From Monocercomonoides exilis PA203 (Eukaryota; Protista; Preaxostyla): a stretch of 64,000 nucleotides of DNA. Below are positions 15,326 through 27,400 of this stretch, in pieces; positions within the stretch are counted from its first letter, which is position 1; the number at the start of each line of letters is the position of its first letter. Location: NCBI GenBank assembly GCA_001643675.2, contig LSRY02000070.1, positions 1-64,000 on the forward strand, written 5' to 3'. Under the pieces are notes generated by a model. That model saw nothing but the letters and a program-made list of their open reading frames with translations, searched no databases and was not told the origin of the DNA. Position numbers and translations under genes: made by a program.

Positions 15326-16286
15326 TCACAATCTCTTTCTCCTCGCTTTCCTTCCTTCATTCGTTCTGCCTCCATCTCTTTCCTTCTCCCTCCCATCAAC
15401 CCCAATCCTTTCACTCTCTTTTCCTTCTTCTTCTTCTTCTTTGAATTCTTCATTCACATAATTCATTTTCAATTGCTCAAATAATGTTGCCTTTTCTTCC
15501 CATGCAATTTCTTCCAATATGGAACCACAAAAATACCAGAGGTTTTCCGACAAATCATGCGTCTTTGATAAAATCTGGCATATCTTCAAAAAGCCCTCAT
15601 TCAAAAATGCCTAAAAAGGGAAAGATAATGCGAAAGCGAATGGCACAGAATGAAAGAATAAATAATTCAAACCTCACAACGAATGCTGTGTGGTTGATGC
15701 CAACTGCTGTTCCAATCATTGTTCCTTTCAATAATAAGCAATCAATGCATTTTCAGCAAATCCAATAAAACTACAATTAAAATGGGAGAACGCTCAACGA
15801 AGAATGAAGGATTGAATTGAATTGGATTTTGACTTGGAAAACTGTTGAACGTTCAGAAATCTTTTCGACTTCGCTTTGCAAGCATAAAAGATTCATGGGC
15901 TATTAAAGATAACATCGAAAAAAAAATGGTAGAGCTCTCAAGGGGGTCCTCTGTCTCGGTGCACGGTGTTTGTTGTGTTTTGTAAAAATAAAAATCTGCA
16001 TCTGCTCCACTGTTGACAGCAATTTCGCTCTGACTGCTCAAAGGGGTAATGTCATTAAACTCTGCTTTAGTGCTTTGCAACTCTTCCGAATTTTGTTTGC
16101 TTGGGTTGTTGAACAGCTCTGGCTGAACGCGAATATGACTATGCTCCTTCCGTTGAAAAACAGCTCTTTCAAATCCTTTTGCTGCTGCACCTCCATCGCA
16201 AAAGAATGAGCAAAATTGTTTTTGTTTTTTTTCTTTTTTGATGCTGCTCCAGAAATAAGTTTTTGTTTGGATTCTTCAGGGATCAA
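15326..16286 (-). pseudogene. Mirror copy of the degenerate intron-containing gene at 22041-23001
   Basis: Exact mirror ORFs 16038-16286, 15853-16080 and 15326-15604. Confidence 0.3.
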
Positions 16287-16609
16287 AACATCTATTATGG
16301 TTTGTCAATAAAAACTATCACATAACAAATTATAATGAAATCGAATTTCAAAAGAATGAAATAGCATGTGCATATGCGTTGCATATTATGGCATATGCTT
16401 ATTATACGGGAATGTGAATAATTGAAAAAAACCAGGTTCGAACAAATGTTAAACAAATAATAATGTGATAATAGCAAACGACATTGATGGGAGTTCGTTC
16501 TGCATCGAAATGAAAAATCACAAAGTTTTTGATCAATACATTAAACTATTCAGTGAATGATTTGTGATCTTCAATTTTCAAATTTGATGGTAGCTCAGGA
16601 AAGAGAGAT

Positions 16610-17593
16610 ATGCTCGATGAGTGAGTTATAAGACATATTTCACAACGAAGATTTGACGTGAGATTGGTTTCACATGGTTTTTTTCAAAGGCGAGGTTTTT
16701 GTGTGCAAGAAATACCGAAGACGGATGACAATCCAAAAAGAACGATAAAAACAATAGATATTGGTACTGTTCTCGCTGCAAAATCAAAAAATTCTGTTTT
16801 TGATAAGGCTGTGTTTTCAAAAAGCAAAATATGATCGGGAAAAACTCTTTGAACTTTTTTGTTACAGTGGGTTGGAATTTCTATCAGCAAAACTGCAGAA
16901 TTAATTGGCATTATTCGCAATACAGTTGCATTTTGGGCAAGCATTTTAAGGGAAGTGTGCATGAAGATATGGAATTCGAAGCAAATTCATATTGGAGGAA
17001 AAGGAAAGAAAGTCGAAATCGATGAGGCTGTCTGGCGTCGAAGAAAGGATTGAAGGGGAAGAAGAAAAGAGCATATTTGGTTGTTTGGAAGAGTGGAAAG
17101 GCTTGACGGTGGAGGAGAAGGACCTCGATTTGTGATGATTGTCCCCAACAGAACAAAAGAAACCCTCCTTCCAATTATTCTTGAACACATTAAGCCTGAA
17201 ACCATCATCATGAGCGATGAGTGGAAGGCATACGAATGCTTGAATATGTATGGATATGAACACAGAACAGTGTGCCACAAAAAAAATTTCGTTGACCAGG
17301 TTACATAAGCATGCACTAACACGATCGAAGGTCTATGAGGTACTTTGCGAAAAGCGTTTCCACAGTATGGAGCTCGAAAGTCCCTAATTGCAGATCACCT
17401 TGCGATGGTTTTGGTCAAAGCCTCGAAAGAATACAATTTCTTGGAAATTTTGGAATTTGTCAATAAATACGAGATAGAAAATGAAAAACATGAGCAAGTG
17501 GAAAATGATTCAGAAAATAGCGAAAAAGAAACATCGGGCCTTTCACAAGATGAAGAAAAAAATTCTGATTACGAACACTCAAATTCATATATA
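16610..17593 (+). pseudogene. Merlin/ISXO2-like DDE transposase pseudogene
   Basis: Same-frame ORFs 16859-17053, 17081-17308 and 17345-17599 give IGGKGKKVEIDE, WLFGRVER, IKPETIIMSDEWKAY and HRTVCHKKNFVD..ACTNTIEGL*. Upstream WYCSRC Zn-ribbon-like motif. In-frame stops and 5' frameshifts. Start is approximate. Confidence 0.9.
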
Positions 17594-17736
17594 GGGTAAT
17601 TTATAATCGAGAAATTTTTTTAAAACCCGGACTTTTTTTTTAATAATAAGTTGATTTTTCCCACTTTTTATATTTTTTAAATTGTATTCAGTATATAAGG
17701 AAAAATCAATGACTGAATTTTTAGATTAAATGACTA

Positions 17737-18186
17737 CAGTCCAAACCGGATATAATCACGTCGAATATAATCACATTCGTATATAGTCACAATTTTCCAT
17801 GCACCGACATTTTTTGCTTGTTTTTCATTCATTTTTCATCGCATATAATCACAGGGCTGAAAATATATAATCACAATTTTTATCATTATGGGTGGATTTT
17901 TCAATGAAAAATCGATTTTTTGATCAAAAATCTCAATATTTCGCTTTTTCAAAAATGTGCTCAAATAATTCAAAATAATATGTATTTACGCAAAAAATTA
18001 ATTTCGCATGTTAAAAATGCGTTTTTATGAAGAATTTTCAAAAATTAAAAATTTGTCCCAAAATTAATTAATAAATAAAATAAAATTTATTTTTTTCTGT
18101 GTTAAGCAGCATCGTATATTATCACATTCGGATATAGTCACAAAAAGTTGTGCAAAAACCGATGTGATTATATCCGGTTTAGACTG
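17737..18186. mobile_element. 450-bp MITE (pogo/Tigger-type ends), copy 1
   Basis: TIR CAGTC(C/T)AAACCGGATATAATCAC (23 bp, 1 mismatch); TA TSD at 17735-36 and 18187-88; empty site in pogo copy 2 (~42349 ACTATACCTAA); repeated TATAATCAC/TATAGTCAC subterminal motifs. Confidence 0.93.
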
Positions 18187-18190
18187 TATA

Positions 18191-18273
18191 CCTAATCTCT
18201 GATGGGGGGAGATGGGGGGGGGGGGGGGTTGGCTCCTCCATCTCTGATTAGTGCCTCCCCTGAGGAGATTAGG
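18191..18273. other. GC-rich ~80-bp hairpin block upstream of the pogo-like ORF (possible tiny TA-flanked insertion or promoter/RNA structure)
   Basis: TA|CCTAATCTC...GAGATTAGG|TA inverted ends. Homologue at 42353-42427 has an inner stem GAGATGGAGGGG-TTTG-CTCCTCCATCTC. Confidence 0.5.
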
Positions 18274-18394
18274 TAATAGCAATGGGGCTAATCAAGTTAG
18301 AATTTAATCGGAAATATTTTTTTGATTTTTTTTTATTTCAAAAAAAAATTTTTTTTAAAAAAAAGAATTAGATCTTTACAAGAATTTTTTAGTT

Positions 18395-19849
18395 ATGAGT
18401 GTTGTTAATAATAAAAAAGAACGTGGACAGTTAATTCTTCGAGAAAAAATGATGTCATTTGACTTTCGAAGAATTGAAAATTGATTAGAACGCATGACAC
18501 GTATTGTCGTTGATGGACATGTCAGAATCGTTGATGCAATAAATACCAAAGAGTTCTCTCGTTCAGCAATAATTAGAGCAGTTTCAGCAATTGAAAGCGG
18601 CAGAGCTGTTGCAAAACCTGGTAGGCCAGAACTGTTCAATGAAGAGGACAAAAACATTATTGTTGGAGTTATAAAAATCGAAAGCTTCTCCGGAACAAGT
18701 TTAAATGCAAAGAGAACAAGAGAATTTGTTTGATTTCACATTTATTTATCTTTCGTTTTTTATAATGAATATTTTTCTGATGGAATCCGTCCTTTCCGAC
18801 AAAAAAACACATTCAGAACAAGAAAACAATGAAAATTCCAGTGTGTACAAATCATATCCATATCTATTTGTAAAAAGGAATTCTGAGCTCAAAGCGTCCA
18901 TGCCCAGAAATGTGGATATCCAACGTCTTTCAGTATCCAACGAACAAGCTGTTTTTCTTTTCTTTGAGCTTCTGCAATATCTTCATAATTCACATCATTA
19001 TTCACCTTCTTTGATCTTTATCACTGATGAATCTTCACTCCGCTTATCGGATTCCTTCAAAACTCTTGTGATTCACCCCACAGGAGTTCCAGCTGGATTT
19101 CATGCAACACACACACAAACATGCCAAATGCCAGTTTGGTTGTCGCAGCTGCTGCAGATGGATATTCTCTCAAAAGCGTTGTATTGTGGCCATGCCACAA
19201 ATTACCAAAGGAAATGCGAGTTCTTCTGAGCGCATTCATTGATGTTTGGGATAATAACGATGGATGAATGACGGAAAGCTTATTTCAAAGATACGCAGAA
19301 GAGGTTTTATTAACTGGAATCATTGAAAGAAGGGATATTTTAATGAGAGCAAATGACAGATGTCTTCTGCTTCTGGATTCTCACTCTTCTCGGGCTCAGC
19401 CTGACATATGGCAGAAATTTGCTGACAACAACATTGACGTCGTCACTTTTATTCCACATAGTTCACACATCACACAACCTCTTGATCGTGGTGTGTTTGT
19501 AGTCTTCCAGATATGCATCAACTCTCTGTACTCTGTGCCTCCAGATTCTTCCATTTCTCTTCGACGTGAGGAAATCTCCAACGTTCTTCCACAAGCTCTT
19601 CAGACAGCATTACTTCCTGCAACTGTTGTTTCTTCGTTCAAGAAAAGTGGCCTGCTTTCAAACGAGTGGCATTCTGTACAATCAACACTTTTAAAGGAAC
19701 CATTAGTGACACTGAAAAAGAGAACACTTAGGTTTGATTTTTTTGGAGAAATTATTACTGAACAAAAATTTCTTGAAGAATGGAAAAAAGAAAAGGAAAT
19801 GAAAGAAGATATGAAAAGAAAAGAAAAGAAAAAAGAAAACGAAGAATAA
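18395..19849 (+). pseudogene. pogo-like DDE_1 (DD35D) transposase pseudogene, copy 1
   Basis: ITDESS, DG*MT, LLLLDSHSSR and FIPHSSHITQPLDRGVF motifs; 35 residues between 2nd and 3rd Asp. TGA stops at 18482 and 19265, extra AC near 19110, intron acceptor mutated to CTG. Confidence 0.9.
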
Positions 19850-20313
19850 ATTCTTTTCGCAGCTGAAAAGCCCAAATAAAAGAAAATTTCGCAAATCAGA
19901 CATTTTGAATAATGATGTTTTAGACGATGAATCAAATCATAAAAATTCCAGAAAAATTATGAAGAGAGAACTTGTTGATTATATATATTATTAATCATTT
20001 CAATTTTTGTTATCAAAATATGATTGCAAGAAAAAAATATTTTTTTTATTTCGAACCAAAATAAAAAAAAGTCCGGGTTTATAAATCACACTATATAAAT
20101 TTTGTTATTTTTTCCCATTATATATTCATTTTTTTTAAGGTTTTTTTCCCACATCACACACTCATTTCCGATAAAAAAGAAATGCATGAATCTACACTAT
20201 TCCATATTAACAATTGCAATATACAAGAAAGAGAGGAATTCCAGCATTCCCGTATTTTTCAGCATATATCAAAATATGATTGTCGATGAAGAAAAAAAAA
20301 GAAACAGACAATA

Positions 20314-21727
20314 GGGTCAGTAATATATCGGTATTCATAAAAAAAAATCGGGACTTAAATTTTCTGTCTCTCCAGAGCACTTTTAGAAAAAAATAAATAA
20401 TAGGAAACCTTCTTAATGATTTTATTTTTAATTCCTGAAAATATTTTTATATTTTTTTATTTTAGTGAAAAGCTCTGGTGTTTTTTGTTTTATTTTTTCA
20501 GTTCAAAGACTTGCTCATATTTTCACGAGTTTTTTGTTTTGAGTGTTCTGAGTACAGTCCAAACCGGATATAATCACGTCGAATATAATCACATTCGTAT
20601 ATAGTCACAATTTTCCATGCACCGACATTTTTTGCTTGTTTTTCATTCATTTTTCATCGCATATAATCACAGGGCTGAAAATATATAATCACAATTTTTA
20701 TCATTATGGGTGGATTTTTCAATGAAAAATCGATTTTTTGATCAAAAATCTCAATATTTCGCTTTTTCAAAAATGTGCTCAAATAATTCAAAATAATATG
20801 TATTTACGCAAAAAATTAATTTCGCATGTTAAAAATGCGTTTTTATGAAGAATTTTCAAAAATTAAAAATTTGTCCCAAAATTAATTAATAAATAAAATA
20901 AAATTTATTTTTTTCTGTGTTAAGCAGCATCGTATATTATCACATTCGGATATAGTCACAAAAAGTTGTGCAAAAACCGATGTGATTATATCCGGTTTAG
21001 ACTGTATATCATTGTTGATTAACTGAACTTTTTTTTGTTTTTGGTTATTTTTTGCAATTAAACACTTCGTTTTTTTATTATTTTTTCCATTTCACTAAAT
21101 TTCAACAAAATTAAGAATTCACATATTTAAACAAAATATTTCATTATTTTTCAAGTTTAAATATAAAAACTATTAACACATAAAGGTGTTCAAAAAGAAG
21201 AAATTCTAAACTTTTTTATGATCGGGATTTTATTACTGAAAATCTTGTATTTGAGTATTTTTGTTTCGAAGGCCTTAAATTCAAATAATTTTTTTTCAAA
21301 ATGTTTGTAACGTTCATTTCAATCATTTTTTCACCGACTCAACGATATAAAAAAAACATAGTTATCATCGACTTTGCAAAATTTTTAATATATATTTTGT
21401 GAAATGCTAAAATTAATAATAAAACGAAGTGTTTAATTGCAAAAAATAACCAAAAACAAAAAAAAGTTCAGTTAATCAACAATGATATACTCAGAACACT
21501 CAAAACAAAAAACTCGTGAAAATATGAGCAAGTCTTTGAACTGAAAAAATAAAACAAAAAACACCAGAGCTTTTCACTAAAATAAAAAAATATAAAAATA
21601 TTTTCAGGAATTAAAAATAAAAGCATTAAGAAGGTTTACTGTTATTTATTTTTTTCTTAAAGTGCTCTGGAGAGCCAGAAAATTTAGGTCCCGATTTATT
21701 TTTTGGGTTCCGATAAATTATTTACAC
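20314..21727. mobile_element. Foldback-type non-autonomous element with ~310-bp inverted arms; left arm interrupted by the 450-bp MITE
   Basis: 20314-20554 plus 21007-~21075 is the revcomp of ~21420-21727. Ends TA|GGGTCAGTAAT... and ...ATTATTTACAC|TA resemble the pogo-like termini. Confidence 0.85.
20555..21004. mobile_element. 450-bp MITE, copy 2 (apparently identical to copy 1)
   Basis: Same TIRs; TA TSD at 20553-54 and 21005-06; empty site GATATACTCAG in the opposite foldback arm (~21484-21494). Confidence 0.93.
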
Positions 21728-22040
21728 TAAAAAAAAACAATTTTTTCGATTAATTTCAAAGAAAAGGATATTGCTATCTATCGTGGACTTCAAACTGTGA
21801 TTGAATGGAGTTTTTTTCATTAAAGAAAATGAAGAATGAAATGCAGAGAATGAACGGTTTTTTCAAAAAAAGAAACAATGATAATTGAAATTCTATAATT
21901 TTTAAAGAATCGTTCCGAAATGAATTCAGGAGAAATTATAATATGCAACGCATATGCACATGCTATTTCATTCTTTTGAAATTCGATTTCATTATAATTT
22001 GTTATGTGATAGTTTTTATTGACAAACCATAATAGATGTT

Positions 22041-23001
22041 TTGATCCCTGAAGAATCCAAACAAAAACTTATTTCTGGAGCAGCATCAAAAAAGAAAAAA
22101 AACAAAAACAATTTTGCTCATTCTTTTGCGATGGAGGTGCAGCAGCAAAAGGATTTGAAAGAGCTGTTTTTCAACGGAAGGAGCATAGTCATATTCGCGT
22201 TCAGCCAGAGCTGTTCAACAACCCAAGCAAACAAAATTCGGAAGAGTTGCAAAGCACTAAAGCAGAGTTTAATGACATTACCCCTTTGAGCAGTCAGAGC
22301 GAAATTGCTGTCAACAGTGGAGCAGATGCAGATTTTTATTTTTACAAAACACAACAAACACCGTGCACCGAGACAGAGGACCCCCTTGAGAGCTCTACCA
22401 TTTTTTTTTCGATGTTATCTTTAATAGCCCATGAATCTTTTATGCTTGCAAAGCGAAGTCGAAAAGATTTCTGAACGTTCAACAGTTTTCCAAGTCAAAA
22501 TCCAATTCAATTCAATCCTTCATTCTTCGTTGAGCGTTCTCCCATTTTAATTGTAGTTTTATTGGATTTGCTGAAAATGCATTGATTGCTTATTATTGAA
22601 AGGAACAATGATTGGAACAGCAGTTGGCATCAACCACACAGCATTCGTTGTGAGGTTTGAATTATTTATTCTTTCATTCTGTGCCATTCGCTTTCGCATT
22701 ATCTTTCCCTTTTTAGGCATTTTTGAATGAGGGCTTTTTGAAGATATGCCAGATTTTATCAAAGACGCATGATTTGTCGGAAAACCTCTGGTATTTTTGT
22801 GGTTCCATATTGGAAGAAATTGCATGGGAAGAAAAGGCAACATTATTTGAGCAATTGAAAATGAATTATGTGAATGAAGAATTCAAAGAAGAAGAAGAAG
22901 AAGGAAAAGAGAGTGAAAGGATTGGGGTTGATGGGAGGGAGAAGGAAAGAGATGGAGGCAGAACGAATGAAGGAAGGAAAGCGAGGAGAAAGAGATTGTG
23001 A
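22041..23001 (+). pseudogene. Probable degenerate intron-containing gene of unknown function
   Basis: Candidate intron GTTTGAATT...CCCTTTTTAG (~22655-22716) followed by AFLNEGFLKICQILSKTHDLSENLWYFCGSILEEIAWEE; stops in upstream segments; no recognisable family. Confidence 0.3.
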
Positions 23002-23169
23002 AGGCAGAAGAGGCAGATGGGTGTGATTGTTGGAATTTCGCAATGAAAATGCTGAGTTGGTGAAGAAGGACAAATTGTGTACTTGTTTGTTTGCAGATGA
23101 AATTGTTTTTTTTTCTTTTTTTTGAATGATAAAAAATTTGAAGAAATGTTTGAAAAAGCAAAAAGATAG

Positions 23170-23318
<149 letters not shown>

Positions 23319-24494
23319 CTTTTTTATTTTGAAAAATGTATTTTTATGAGTTCCAATAACAATTTAGAAAATGTATTTATGTATTTGTTTGAAATCTTTT
23401 TGTTATTTCTAATTTTTCTCAAAGAATATGTTCAGAAATAGTTCAAATTTCATGTGCTTTTCAATCAGAACAAAGGATTTCTGAAAAACATCTTTTGTCG
23501 ATGAGAAGAGCAGATGAGTATATTTGAATAACAAACATTGGCTGATGGCACAAAATGAATGGGAAAAAATAAAAAAGAAAAAAGAAAAAGAAAAAAGAAA
23601 AAATTGAGAAAGAGAAAGAGAAAGAAAGAGGAGGACGAACAAAAGAGAAGAGCTTATTTGGATGTTTGTGGGAAAGAATAAAGACGAAGATGAGAGAAAA
23701 GGCAAAAGAGATTGAGAATATGAAGGGTGGAATGGAGAAGAAGAGGAAAAGAAGAGGAAAAAGGAGAAGAAGAAAGGAGAAAAAAAAAGATAAGAGAGAA
23801 GAGGAAGAGAAAGAAAGAGGGAGAAGAAGAAGAAAGATTATTGCCTCATGTTTTTTCAGCGAAGAGATGAGAAAATGAAGAAAAAAGACTTGCCAATCAA
23901 ATTGCATTGGGAGATGAGGCATTTTATGGTTCGAAAGAACACTTTTTCAAGAGCAATTATTGTGGGTGTGTGTTTTGATGTGGCATTATTCGACTTTTTT
24001 GTACTTTTTTATTGGAAGAATATTTATGTTTGACAAGCTTTTATTTTATTTTATTTAATTTTCAATATGTTCAATGCTTCAAACTTGAAGAATTCGACTT
24101 TTTCGAAAAAATCAATTTTAATCTGATAATATTTTATTTAACAATTGCTATTCAAGTGATCCTTGAAAGATTCTTGTTTTTTGAAGCATTCATTTGAGCA
24201 TACACATCTCTTGATTTTCACATTCTTATTTTTTGTTGTTTATTTTTATTGTTATTTTTTTTTCATGAAAAATAATCACATGCAGCAGCAAATGCCGATT
24301 CATACCCTGCAAGAACTGAAGAAATTGCGTGCTATGAAAGTGTCTTTGATGTTTTCCAAACGCTCTCAAAATGATTGTTGCAAGAAAGATTTTTTATCTT
24401 TTTCAAATTGTTTTTCAAAAACAATTATTAAGGGTGATTTTGATCATCCGGAAAACATAAAAATTTTTCAAATTAAAATTTATTCTCATTCCGC

Positions 24495-27400
24495 ATGAGA
24501 ATGCATTTGTGCATTTTGGCATGTTTGATTCTTGGGAAGACATTTGAAGCACAGCATGTCTCTGGAGCTGCCACATTGGAGAACAAAGGTTTTCTTTCGA
24601 ATTGATATTTTTTCAATAATTCTATTTATTTTTGGCAAGGAAACTCAAATGATGCACAATATCTATCAGAGGCTGAATACAATTATTTATTTGAACAGAA
24701 TTCATTGTCAGGAGTGAAAACACCGCAGTCAGGTCTTTCTACAGTGAAAAACACATTTTTGGGATTTCGCAATTCTACAGTTGAACTGAAAAATGTGGCA
24801 ATTGAACATTCTTCCTCGCCATTAATGCTAATAACAGATAAATCGAGTGTTGTGTTGGATTCCTGCATTTCTCACCAAAAAACAGCATCTCCTTTTCATT
24901 TGCAAAGTGGGTCAATCTTCCTCACAAATATGAGATTGATCCCCCCAAAGAACCTGAACCCTTCCAGCCTCATATTTTCATCTGATGATTCAAATATTGC
25001 TATTTTGAGAAATTCCGTCATGGCAGATCTGACTATTTCATCATCAAACTATTTCCTATTGTCTGGAAAGAGCCAAAATGAACAGATTAATAACTGTGCA
25101 TTCAAGAACATTTCTGTGAAATATGCCTCGAATTGCGATCATTTTGTGGAACATTCATGTTTCCGAAGTTCAATGGAGAACTGCCTCATTTATTCGTGCG
25201 TGAATGTCTTTGAAGGAGGGATATCGAGTGGATCATATTCTTATCAGGAATTCATCTGCAAAAATATGACAATAAACTTCGGGAAAAGAGAAATGAATGC
25301 TCTTCAGAAAAAGGAAAAACTGAACACAACAGAAAGCCAATCCTTTTCATCGTGCGAATGGGAAGATTGCACAGCACCACAAGGAGGGGCTCTTTATGTT
25401 CATGATAATGAAAATGCCATTTTGACAGTTGAAAATTCTTCTTTTGTAAGATGCAATGCATCATCTACAAAAGGTGGTGGAATATATGCATTGAATATCG
25501 CAGAATGCATTGTTATTCATTCTTCATTTTCTCAATGCACAGCACAGATAACCACTGATTATGGTGGAGGAGGAATAATGATCGAGAATGTCAACTTTCA
25601 ATCAATGGTTGAAGATTGCTCTTTTCAAAACTGTTCCTCTGGCAATGATGGAGGGGCAATTGATCTTCGCCCAACGATGACAAAAAGACAGAAGCAATGC
25701 ATTGTTAATTCACTTTTTATTAACTGCCGATGCAACGGATCATCAGGTGGAACAGGAGGCGCAATTGAACATTGGGTTGCAAAGGATAAAGTTGCAATTT
25801 CAAATTGCCTGTTTTGTCATTGCTATTCGATGAGTGGAGCAGGCGCTGTATGTCAATCAATAAATTCAAATAATAATGGAACATTGTTTTTCTTCTGTTT
25901 CTTCCACAATAACACATGCATTCTTGGTGGCCATGACATTGCTCTTCATGATTCAACAGCAAACAACATTGATTCCACCTGCTATTCCACCAGACAAACA
26001 GAGAACAGGGTTAGCACAAGTCATCGTTTTATTGCTGATAAAAGTGAATGGCTGCGAAATGATTTTGGAAGAATTAGATATGTCTCCTCAGTACAAACAG
26101 AACCTAATTCCATTGACACATATGCATGTGGACGAGATGAAGGCCATCCTTGCAACACCATCAGCCATTGCCTCACTCAGCTGATCCCAGAATTTGTCAC
26201 AGATATTGAGATACTGACAGGAACGATTACAGAGACAAAAAGTATGAATTGTGACATCAATGCTTACAAAATATATGGCCAAAGCAATATGAGCACAGCA
26301 ATCCAAACAGAATTTGAAACATCAGGGTTATCTCTTTTTTCAGTCTCCACAAGCACATTGACTGTCAGTGACGTTATTCTTGTGCATGACTCGGCTCATC
26401 CGAATAACCGTAGGTCAAGGCTGTTTGAGATTAGTGGAACAGGAGGAATGAGGATCAGCAGACTGAACATATCTGCCGGAAGTGAGCAATCAACAGAAAC
26501 AGCATTCACCACAGAACTGATTAATGTGCGGGATGGGGTGTTTCAGATGGAAAATGTGAACTGGGCAAAGACGATTTTTACAGCTTCATTATTTTTGCTT
26601 TCTTCAACAAATGAAATATCAGTGGCACTTTCAGAGTGTGCCTTTGATGGGATTGAGAGAACAACAAGCGGAGCAGCTGTGATGTCGTTTTCGAATGCCA
26701 AGGCAAACATTGATGTGAATACGAGCACTTTTGAAAGATGTGGAAGTTTAAGTTCAGAAAATGGAGGATCGATGATGTTGTGTGTTGGAAACGAAAATGA
26801 AGTGAAATTGAAAGGCGGATCTTTTGATGGGTGCTTTTGTTCGTCATCCAATGGTCTTGGGGGAGGAATCCTTCTTCGATTGTTGAATGAAAATCCAGAA
26901 TTCCTGATTTCTTCTTTATTCGGAACAAACACAGCCAGGTGGGGAAGAGATATCTTTATCATTTCACCAAATTTGGAAGTGACTGCAAAGTCACAAAAAA
27001 TCACATGTGTGATAGCCTCTTTGGATTCTTTTGACAAAGTGCAAGGATATGACAATGGAAACACCAGTTTGGTCATTCCTCTTTGCATCTATCTCCTTCC
27101 CACTCCAGAAGAAGTATATGTGACAAGTACCGAGGCATCTGACCATTCCCATTGTGGAATCGCCCAATTCCCTTGTTTGACAATGAAACACTCCCTCACA
27201 AGGCAAACAGGGCCAAAGAAAGTTGTTGTGAATGGAATGATTATGATGAGTGATGAATTGACCTTTGCTGATCAGAAACATGAAATAAGAGGAAATGATG
27301 ATAAAAGTGGTTGGAAAGTTTCTGATTCAAGTTCCATATCCAATTTAGCGATGATAACAGCAAATGTTGTAACAGAATTATCAAAACTCATCTTTTCTCT

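Larger units (their letters stand above)
17594..20091 (+). mobile_element. pogo/Fot1-like (Tc1-mariner superfamily) DNA transposon, copy 1, with nested MITE
   Basis: Right end ...GTCCGGGTTTATAAATCACAC|TA matches copy 2 TIR. Degenerate left end TA|GGGTAATTTATAA... Flanked by TA. Colinear with 42205-44248. Confidence 0.85.
16390..20270 (+). mobile_element. Merlin/IS1016-like (IS1595-related) DNA transposon, degenerate, interrupted by a pogo-like element
   Basis: Imperfect TIRs: GGCATATGCTTATTATACGGGAATG (16390-) vs revcomp of 20245-20270 GATATATGCTGAAAAATACGGGAATG. They enclose a Merlin-type transposase relic. A possible degraded 8-bp TSD (CATATTAT vs CAAAATAT) is weak. Confidence 0.65.

Noticed and set aside
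17737-17880. Repeated TATAATCAC motifs as a CRISPR-like array
   Set aside because: Repeats are ~9 bp with irregular spacing and lie inside a TIR element; eukaryotic context and no cas genes.
25438-27085. Diversity-generating retroelement (TR/VR pair)
   Set aside because: Differences are not adenine-specific, the region is far longer than a typical VR, and no reverse transcriptase is present in the window.
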